Made by a program: the position numbers and the translations under genes. A stretch of 64,000 nucleotides of DNA from Octopus vulgaris. Taxonomy: Eukaryota. The stretch is from assembly GCA_951406725.2 (NCBI GenBank), contig OX597823.1, positions 59,706,001 to 59,770,000 of the forward strand, in the 5' to 3' direction. The notes under the pieces are model-generated. The model was given only the letters and a program-made list of their open reading frames with translations, ran no database searches and was not told the origin of the DNA. Positions within the stretch are counted from its first letter, which is position 1, and every line of letters starts with the position of its first letter. Below are positions 55,322 through 64,000 of this stretch, in pieces.

Positions 55322-55389
55322 ATAGGAAAAGGAAAGATCCAGAGAAGGGAAGACGGGGGGAAAAATCGCCAACGGTACACACGCAGTCA

Positions 55390-55587
55390 CGAGGGGTGCT
55401 GAAAAGTTCCTGGCTTTGGGTAAAGAAAATACAGGAGAATCAGTTAATTATTCCCCTCCCAGATTCACACACTTATCGCAGCCGTTCTTCAGTTTTTCTA
55501 AGCCCTGCAAAAGAACTCGGAAGGTTGGGCCTCCAACCAGGCCTTTCGTAATACCCTTAAAACCAGGAACTTTTTAGCACTACCTCA
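55390..55587. mobile_element. Mariner-type MITE (~200 bp)
   Basis: TIRs CGAGGGGTGCTGAAAAGTTCCTGG and CCAGGAACTTTTTAGCACTACCTCA, the latter followed by TA. Confidence 0.8.
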
Positions 55588-55939
55588 TATATTGGTTATG
55601 TTTGGCACATTGAGAAAATCAAAGGTAGATAGAAAATGGCTCATAAATTATCAAGTCATATGTATCCTCTTCAGATGGAAAAAGTGAACAGAATCTCACA
55701 CCGGATTTTGGCCAGATATTTACTGCTGACTGGATATGCACCTTTTCTAATCTAGCTTGGGCAATACTCTTAATACCATAGTCTATAAATGACTATGGAT
55801 GCCAGCTTCTGCTGGTTTTCAAGTAAGATGCTTTATTCCATGTCTTCACATGCATAACTGCCAAGCTTCCACAATTTTTGTTTTTGAAGGTGTAACTAAT
55901 ATTACTCCTGCACAACAGTGTAATATATATATATATGTA

Positions 55940-57044
55940 TCAGGTTGAGTAAAAAGTAAGTAACGCTTTGAACCAAGAAGAATTTGTACCAGATTTTTTT
56001 GCAGAGTTTTGAATTTTTTAAAAAATTTTTTGCAATTTTCTGATAATACAGACATAGACTTGCCCAACTGCATCAATAAAGTAACATTGATATTTTTTTC
56101 ACCGTTGTAATAATCATCTGAAATAGAACAGTCAAAACGCGATATTTGAGCAATTTTGCTATTCAAAAAAAGGTCGTAAAGCAGCTGAAACTGCTCGCGA
56201 TATCAACGAAACGTTTGGTGAGGAAATGACCAGTAAGTGGTCAACTCGAAAATGATTTAAACGATTTCACAGGGGAGTCCTGAGCCTTGAAGATCGTGAG
56301 CGTAGTGGACGTCCATCTGTCATCAATGACAGTCAATTAAAGACCGTCATTGAGAAAGATACATGTAAAACCACTCGATAACTAGCAAAAAGACTTCAAA
56401 TTGGCCAGAAAACTGCGTGTAACCATTTGGATGCGATCGGAAAATCAAAAAAGCTTGACAAATGTGTACCACACAATTTGAATAAAAATTAGAAAATGTG
56501 CAGATATGAAATTTGCTCGTCGTTTCTTCTTTGCAACCAGACCGATCCATTTCTCGACCATACTGTAACTTGCGAGGAAAAGTGGATTCTGTACAATAAT
56601 AAAAAACGTTCTTCTCAGTGGTTGTACCAAAATGAAGCACCGAAAACCTTCTCTAAACCCGAGCTCTTCAAAAAGAAGGTTATGGTAATTTTTTGGTGGT
56701 ATACTGCTGGACTCATCCCCTATAACTTCTTAAAACTCGGACAAAATATTATGGCAGAAACATTGCCATGAAATTGCCAAAATGAACGAAAACCTGCTAC
56801 TCCTCCGTCCTAGACTGATCAACAGAAGAGGGTCAATCATTCTTCATGACAATGCTCGACTACACGTTTCCCTACCAACACTCCAGAAGTTGAGGAAACT
56901 TGGCTACGAAGTTCTTCTCCAACAAGTTTATTCCTCAGACCTTTCTCTTTTTCAAGCACCTTGTTCAAAAATCAAACCGATGCCCAAAGTGCGTTCAAAG
57001 AGTTCGTCAGCTTCAGAACTCCAGATTTTTATGTTACCCGGAAT
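55940..57044 (+). mobile_element. Mariner DNA transposon (Hsmar1/SETMAR-like transposase), 3' end lost
   Basis: It starts TA|TCAGGTTG. The transposase remnant reads KAAETARDINETFGE...LEDRERSGRPS...KKLDKCVPHNL...TVTCEEKWILYNN...ILHDNARLHV...YSSDLS...FYVT. It is truncated where the 57045 element begins. Confidence 0.9.
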
Positions 57045-57271
57045 AAGCGTCGATGCCTCCTAGGGCTAAACAGCAGTGGTGTAATTCCCTTACGGGGCTG
57101 TCATGTTATGTTGACAGTATACAACCACTCTATCGCTCCACCACCGCTCATGTCTCTTTGAGACATTTAGAAATTTAATATTTCTAATTACGGTGACCAG
57201 TGAATAGATTTCACTGTAAATATATATATTTGCGAAAGCTAGACAGGCATCTCAACCAGCAGGTCTCGCTA

Positions 57272-58954
57272 CTTGGAAGTGTTTGTGTGGGATTTTCGAT
57301 TTTGCGGTTGTGAGTTGGATTTTGCTGATTATTGTTGATGAAAACTGTTGCGTCGTGTTGAACGTTATAATTGTTGAATTCTTTGTTGGGTATGCAAGCC
57401 CAAACTTATGCGGGTGCAGCAGGCAAAGGCCTGGCTGCGAACGAATTACAGTTGGAAGAAATAATTGTCGAGAAGGAAAATTTGAGGAAATACTACGACA
57501 GCTTCAAGAAGGAAGGTGACTGTCTGAGGGTTACACCACCTGAAGAAGAAGTGAAAGAAACGGAGAAAAAATCATAACATACAGAACATGGAATGTGGTC
57601 TCAAAGAGAATAGAAGTAGCAGAGGTGAAAGAGATTGAGAAATGTCTACAGGAAATTAAAGGAAGAACTACCTTCTACAATAGAGGTAGAAAATACGCAA
57701 CGGTAGACGTTCGTTTTGAAAATAAAGACGAAGCGAAGAGGAATGCAACGACAGTGCTGAGATCGGAAAAATGGGTTTTACTTCCTAGTTATTGTGGAAA
57801 AAGAGCAGTTAGGATACGAATAAGCAAAATCCCACCGGAACTTGATACCGAAAGAATAGTAGCTGCAATAATCTACAACTGCAAAGAGAGCGTGGACATA
57901 CTTAAGGTGGAAAAGTCGAAAGAAATAAACTGGTGGGGTTATGCGGTGCAGGCTTCGGTCCACATAACCATGCCAGATTTGTATAACATCACGGAGGAGT
58001 TGGTGTTCCCCGACGAGACACGACTGAGAGTCGTGGTGGAGAGGAGACCTCCAGTGTGTTATAAGTGTAAGAGCAGAGGGCACATGAAGGATGTGTGTCC
58101 TCAAAGAGAATTACAAGAGAAGATGATAGCACTGGAGGAAGGAATGGAGGCTTTGACAGAGGAGTTAGAAAAGGAGAATATGGAATTGCAGCGGAAGAGG
58201 AAATCGTGACAACAGATAATGTGGAAAGTGGCGACGAGTTAGGGAAGTAGAAAGAAAAGGAAAGAACAGAAGAAAAAGAGGATAGAAAGCAAACACGGGT
58301 GGGACAACCACCCAAAGACCAAAAAAAGAAAAAAACTAAAAAGAAGTCTGCCGATGATACAGAGGATCGAACGCACGAAGGGAGTGATACAGCAACTAAA
58401 GTGAGTGAAGGTTCAACGTGGTATGAAACGGAAAAATGGTCAACAAAAGTGGAAGAATGTCTGAAAACATGCAAGGAAGGAGGAAGACCAAAAGGAAGAA
58501 ATCTCAAAGCGGTAATGTTGTACAAAAAGGATAAAGAAATTGAGAAAAAATTAGCGATAATGATAAATCTAACAAGAGTGAAATTGAACCCGAGGATATA
58601 CGATATCCAAATAAAGGCTGCAATTGTGGATAAAGAGACGGTAAAAAAATTAATAAATTTGTTTTCAAATACAGCTGTGTGCATAGCGCACTACGTTCGA
58701 TATGACAGTTTGCTCGGCGTTACAGAACAGGATGAATTACTCGTTTACATTACTGACGAACACTCCAGATAGTACAACTGTAATTGTAAATGAAACTGCG
58801 AGCTTTGGGGGGCTCGTAAGCCATTTCATTTAATTCATTATTTATATTTCACTTCATATCATCCCTTCTGTATTTTTGTTATATGTACCCCATGTCCTGC
58901 ATTGAATTGTTATGTCGCCTCTTGATTAGGGCTATTGTGCCTATAATAAAGATA
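57272..58954 (+). mobile_element. ORF1-only Tx1/L1-like non-LTR element with 21-bp TSD
   Basis: Flanked by CTCAACCAGCAGGTCTCGCTA (57251-57271) and CTCAACCATCAGGTCTCACTA (58955-58975). It has a GT-rich 5' UTR, a zinc-knuckle ORF and a T-rich 3' UTR ending AATAAAGATA. Confidence 0.7.
57392..58772 (+). pseudogene. Gag-like/ORF1 protein with RRM-like region and CCHC zinc knuckle, split over three frames
   Basis: It begins MQAQTYAGAAG and continues YATVDVRFENKDEA...RIRISKIPPEL...RPPVCYKCKSRGHMKDVCP (CX2CX4HX4C), then a coiled-coil/charged tail. The segments 57371-57577, 57595-58209 and 58299-58772 are in different frames. Confidence 0.75.
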
Positions 58955-58976
58955 CTCAACCATCAGGTCTCACTAT

Positions 58977-59023
58977 CCTGGGCTGATGACGAGTTAAGAC
59001 CCAGAAACATGCATGTCCTCAGG
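58977..59023 (+). ncRNA. Type I hammerhead ribozyme (putative; stem II partly mutated)
   Basis: CCTGGG-CTGATGA-CGAGTTAAGACCCA-GAAA-CATGCATG-TC-CTCAGG. It has a 6-bp stem I, an intact core, a palindromic stem III (ACATGCATGT) and a GUC site (predicted cut after 59017). Confidence 0.75.
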
Positions 59024-59184
59024 TGTGAATCCTAGCTGGTGGGAGTGCTTGCCTCCCCTTCGCAAATATAAGGACACAGGAAATGTGTCAAAGCCGACAG
59101 GAAGCGTCGATGCCTCCTAGGGCTAAACAGCGGTGGTGTAATTCCCTTACGGGACTGTCACGTTATGTCGACAGTATACAACCA

Positions 59185-59241
<57 letters not shown>

Positions 59242-59402
59242 TTAGAGACAGGTGTTCTCTATATAGAATACACTTCGAAGTGCTCAAGGGATTTGAACTT
59301 GAGCTGGTAGGTGAGTAAATATAATGAAGTTAGGCAAGTCAATTTACACAGAATATTAAATACATTTAATAGAAAAAATGTACAAGTGTATATGGGTGGA
59401 AA

Positions 59403-59718
59403 AAAAGAGTGACCACGGGATTGCACATAGAAAATTACCCTCTGAGGCAGAAGTCCGGGCAAGATTGTTTATGAAAGACCAACAGTCACCCATACATACC
59501 AGCTTCCCTTCTACATGCCACCGATGTTATCCAAGAAAAAATTAAAGACCAATACAGCTTGGCACCAGTGACGCCGCAACTCATTTCTACTGCTGAGTGA
59601 ACTGGAGCAACGTGAAATAGTGTCTTGCTCAAGAACACAACACACAGCCCGGGCCAGAAATCGAACTCACAACCTCACGATCGTAAGCTCGACGCTCTAA
59701 CCTCTGAGCCATGCGCCT
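59403..59718 (-). mobile_element. SINE family C, full length
   Basis: Minus-strand head AGGCGCATGGCTCAGAGGTTAGAGCGTCG...GAGTTCGATTTC. The body matches 9128-9430. Confidence 0.88.
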
Positions 59719-59783
59719 ACACACATACACACCCACATACACACATACACTCACACACACATATATATATATTCATACATATA

Positions 59784-60170
59784 TGGATGAAAGCACTCCG
59801 TCGGTTACGACGACGATGGTTCCGGTTGATCCGAATCAACGGAACAGCCTGCTCGTGAAATTAACGTGTAAGTGGCTGAGCACTCCACAGACACGTGTAC
59901 CCTTAACGTAGTTCTCGTGGATATTCAGCATGACACAGAGAGTGACAAGGCCGGCCCTTTGAAATACAGGTACAACAGAAGCAGGAAGTAAGAGTGAGAG
60001 AAAGTTGTGGTGAAAGAGTACAGCAGGGATCGCCACCATCCCCTGCCTGAGCCTCGTGGAGCTTTAGGTGTTTTCGCTCAATAAACACTCACAACGCCCG
60101 GTCTGGGAATCGAAACCGCGATCCTATGACCGCGAGTCCGCTGCCCTAACCACTGGGCCATTGCGCCTCC
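59784..60170 (-). mobile_element. tRNA(Arg)-like-headed SINE family E, CpG-rich and apparently young
   Basis: Minus-strand head GGAGGCGCAATGGCCCAGTGGTTAGGGCAGCGGACTCGCGGTCATAGGATCGCGGTTTCGATTCCC with clear A/B boxes. It resembles octopus OR-type SINEs (from memory). Confidence 0.85.
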
Positions 60171-60171
60171 C

Positions 60172-60365
60172 AGCAATTTTAGAGAGGTTAAGAAAACGAT
60201 TACATCGACTTCAGTGTTCCACTGGTACTTATTTTATCAACCCAAAAAAGGATGAAAGACAAAGGCAACCTTGGTGGAATTTGAACTAAGAACACAAAGC
60301 CAAAGAAATGCAACTAAGCATTTTTGTCCAGCATGCTAACAATACTGGAAGTTAATCACCTTAAA
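60172..60365 (-). mobile_element. SINE family B (diverged)
   Basis: ACTGGTACTTATTTTATC...GGATGAAAG...GAATTTGAACT. Confidence 0.72.
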
Positions 60366-60576
60366 TATATATATATATAATAAGGATAGATATTTAAGAT
60401 GGCTTTCAATGCCCTTTTGGGCCAAAAATCTTTTATTTTCATGACTTTGGCCAAACCAGAGTACAGCAAAAAACATTTATCCAACTTGCCATGCAGTAGG
60501 GTCAAACCCAATTGGTTATAAAGCAAACTTCTTAACCCTAATGGTGTGTTTGTGCCTAATCAAATAGCATGGATGC

Positions 60577-60617
<41 letters not shown>

Positions 60618-61074
60618 TGTCTAATCAAATAGCATGGATGCTTGTGTGTGTGTGTGTGTGTGTTTGTGTCTGTGTGTATACATATAATCATCATCATCAT
60701 CATCACCATCTTTCAATCTTCCATTATGAAGAAGTGCTTTTGATATATGTTTTACAAAGTTTTGAGCTAATTGTCTCAAGAGGTACCCCACTACAAAATA
60801 TATGAATAATTTTCTGCTTACTGGGCTGATACAACAGGAAATAATGCTTTGCCTACACTCACCGTGCTACTCAGTCTAAGAAATTAAAACCTATGTCCTT
60901 CTGTGCAGTAACCCACGCAAATACACACATGTACACATTTGTAGATGCACACTTATGCAGGTGCACATATATGCATGTATACACTTCCACCAATATGTAC
61001 ATATATAAGTCAGTGTGTATATTTATATATATTTATATATATATATATATGTGTGTGTATGTGTGTGTGGGTGT

Positions 61075-61330
61075 GGAGGCGCGTGACTTAGTGGTTAGGG
61101 TGTCAGCACCATGATCATAAGATTGTGGTTTCGATTCCTGGATTGGGTGACGCGTTGTGTTCTTGAGCAAAACACTTCATTTCACGTTGCTCCAGTCCAC
61201 TCAGCTGGCAAAAATGAGTAACGCTGCGGTGGACTGGCGTCCTGTCTAGCTGGGGAACATATACGCCATTGAAACCGGGAAACCGGACCCATGAGCCTGG
61301 CTACGCTTTAAAAGGGCGCATTTATTTATT
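61075..61330 (+). mobile_element. tRNA-headed CORE-like SINE family D
   Basis: GGAGGCGCGTGACTTAGTGGTTAGG...GGTTTCGATTCC...TTGAGCAAAACACTTCATTTCACGTTGCTCCAGTCCACTCAGCTG, with a (TTTA)n tail. Confidence 0.88.
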
Positions 61331-62446
61331 ATATATATATATACATACATATGTGCATACGTGTGTGTATATAGAGAGACACAATCACACAGGCATACAC
61401 ACACACACACACACATACTCATCTCTGTTTATACACTTTCACACACACATATATATATATATATACAAATATTTATACATTTTCTACAATCAGATTGCAT
61501 AAAAAAAAACAGAAAAGATAACAGATGAAGCTATTAAAGAGATTTTTACACAGGAATATTTCAGATAGATAACATTCTTAATGTTCAGCTGGAATTGATA
61601 TAATAGTTTGTGCAAAACCTGTCTAATTGGTTACTAAAAACTTTTGGGATGGTCAGAGCACCTTTTTGTACATTCATTATAAGAATAGCTTATATAGAAT
61701 TTTTATAGTCAATGTCATATGTTTTGTGCAATAAATATATATATGTAACCAAATAATAAAAAAAAATCTGTAATGATAAAAAAAAATATATTAATAATGG
61801 TTTGCAAAAATTTCCGAAGCTTTTGGCTGTAATTGGGACTAATGCACTGATAGGTTTGAAAAAAATATACTACTAGGAGACATCATTAAGGAAAATAGAT
61901 TATGCTGGGTCCTTAGAGAGAAGTCTTTGAAAGGGAATAAAAAATATAAATGATAAAAAAACAAAATTATGTTTTACTTTCATAAGCCATTTATCATGAT
62001 TTTTTGTTAAAGGACAATGTCTTAAAAGAATATGAATTCGTTCTGTAAATACATATATAGATACATAAATACATATATACATACTTACATATATATATGT
62101 ATGTATATAAGTATGTATGTGTGTATGTATATGTACATTTATTTTATTTACATCAATATACCTCTCAGTAAGTGCCAAACACAAAAAGTGAATTATTTTT
62201 ATATTTCGTATTTATATGTAATGCATTTTTCTTGCTTTTTTTTTATACATATGTTTTATATTGCAAATGATATAGCAAGATATATCAAGCAGTTAAAAAC
62301 GAGAAAAGAAACTTTGGTAATTTCCATTTTCACCAGTTTTTATTACCTTCTATATTTGTATGAATATACATATACATACATATATATATATACATATATA
62401 TATATACATATATATATATATGTAAATATATTTATATATATATGTG

Positions 62447-62508
<62 letters not shown>

Positions 62509-62886
62509 TATACAACATTAAAGAAAAACCAACATATCTGAAATAAATTAGAAGCAGAGAATGGGCAGGGAAAAATGTTTTTTCGATCTGTTAATATTGT
62601 AAATGAATATATATTATGTAAGAGGACAATGTGGCAGGCTAACAAAAGTATTCTACTTAAAGAGGAATCAGGTATTTGACATAATCCTATAAGGTTTCAA
62701 ATAAGGAAAAGAAGCTGGACAATAATATCGATATTCTTAGATTTAGTTAATGTTTTGATTGATAGCTGGTTAATGTTTGTATTATTTGCTTGTTTGTATT
62801 TGTTTGTCTTCGTAATTATTCATATGTGTGTGTGTGTATGTATATATGTGTGTGTGTGTGTATGTATATATGTGTGTGTGTATGCG

Positions 62887-62932
<46 letters not shown>

Positions 62933-62976
62933 TATATATATATAGGTATATGAATATATATGTCTATAAACATATA

Positions 62977-63025
<49 letters not shown>

Positions 63026-63255
63026 CTCATACACACATATATATATATGCATAAGTAGTTTGTGTATGTATGTATTTTGTATTTAAGTTGATTTGAATAC
63101 TCAAAATTATAAATAATTCGATGAAGACTAAATAACCATTAATTGAACCATTGATGTTTGATAAATTCATCTTTAAACTTAACTAGTATTAACATCAATC
63201 TAATAATATTAACCAATATAGGATTGTGTGTACTTCTGTGTTGGTGTGTATGTGT

Positions 63256-63299
<44 letters not shown>

Positions 63300-63532
63300 G
63301 TGTGTGTTTCTTTAAAGTGTACTTGTTTGAATTGATGGATAAATAGAAATATACATTGTCAGTTAAGTGGATAATGATGGAAATCTCTGTCAGAATGGAG
63401 TGGTCGGTGAAAGGATGAAGGAGGAAAGATGGGTACATGATGTGGATATATATATGTGTGTGTGTGTATATACCTATGTATATACCTATGAACTTATATA
63501 TACCTTCACATATACATATATATATATATGTA

Positions 63533-63609
<77 letters not shown>

Positions 63610-63616
63610 ATACAAA

Positions 63617-63654
<38 letters not shown>

Positions 63655-64000
63655 CATATATATGCACACTCTCATACACACATATACACACAAATACAAA
63701 CAAACTTCAGTGACTGATATTATTGGTTCAAACTATGTTTAGAAATTTCTTACAAAGTTTTCTTTTAGAACTTTTATTTATTTTATTATTTTAATTCGTA
63801 AAGTGTTTCATAAACCAAAATTAAGTGGATAAGAATTTGCGTTTAAAATCTAGACTCTTAAACAAATTAAGTTAAAAAGAAAAAAAAGAAAACAAATAAT
63901 CCGAATTTTTTTTACGTAGATTTCAATGAAATTTTTATTTAATTTTTGTTCAACTTCAAGTTTTGAGGCAGAATTTCAAGATCAGCTTAAATCGTTAATT

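Larger units (their letters stand above)
57045..59188 (+). mobile_element. Retrozyme-like hammerhead element (~353-nt unit plus 87-bp redundancy) carrying a nested 1.68-kb insertion
   Basis: Direct repeats at 57045-57131 and 59102-59188 (83/87 identical), a hammerhead at 58977-59023, and dense hairpins throughout the non-insert part. Confidence 0.7.

Noticed and set aside
56120-57044. Host SETMAR gene
   Set aside because: There is no SET domain, there are several stops and frameshifts, and a TIR-like start is present. This is a dead mariner.
59111-59135. HDV-like ribozyme (GCC-TCCTAG-GGC resembles P3/L3)
   Set aside because: No matching P1 5' strand upstream and no catalytic C-x-A junction with P2 pairing could be found.
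57045-59188. LTR retrotransposon or DIRS/Ngaro element
   Set aside because: The repeats lack TG...CA ends, PBS and PPT. No pol or tyrosine recombinase is present, and the repeat order fits a permuted unit plus TSD better.
60546-60670. Tandem duplication of CTAATCAAATAGCATGGATGCTT+(GT)n
   Set aside because: Simple microsatellite-mediated local duplication with no sign of function.
59784-61330. tRNA genes at the SINE heads (also 9527-9605, 25230-25293)
   Set aside because: A/B boxes are present, but the acceptor stems are incomplete and the heads run into multi-copy SINE bodies.

Overview
This is an AT-rich eukaryotic (non-prokaryotic) intergenic or intronic window with very dense microsatellites. 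The SINE/LINE repertoire and the (TA)n/(TACA)n/(AAT)n/(GAT)n/(GGT)n tracts look like an octopus/cephalopod genome (inference). I found no convincing host protein-coding gene, and almost all ORFs in the track are microsatellite artefacts. The window is a mosaic of transposon relics: several tRNA-headed SINE families; RTE, R4/Dong-like and Penelope-like retroelement fragments; Tc1, maT and mariner DNA transposons; and a mariner-type MITE. Four structures stand out. (1) At 57045-59188 a highly structured ~353-nt hammerhead-containing unit (retrozyme-like, 87-bp terminal redundancy) is interrupted, right beside the ribozyme, by a 1.68-kb ORF1-only (CCHC zinc-knuckle) Tx1/L1-like element with a 21-bp target duplication. 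(2) An RTE LINE carries a complete PHD finger inside its reverse transcriptase and a tandem array of putative pseudoknots in its 3' UTR, and sits at the apex of an inverted pair of hammerhead-bearing repeats. (3) A tRNA-headed element at 9484-10300 carries a hammerhead relic. (4) Several further minimal hammerheads occur. All RNA structures were folded by eye, and family names come from motif recognition, not database searches.
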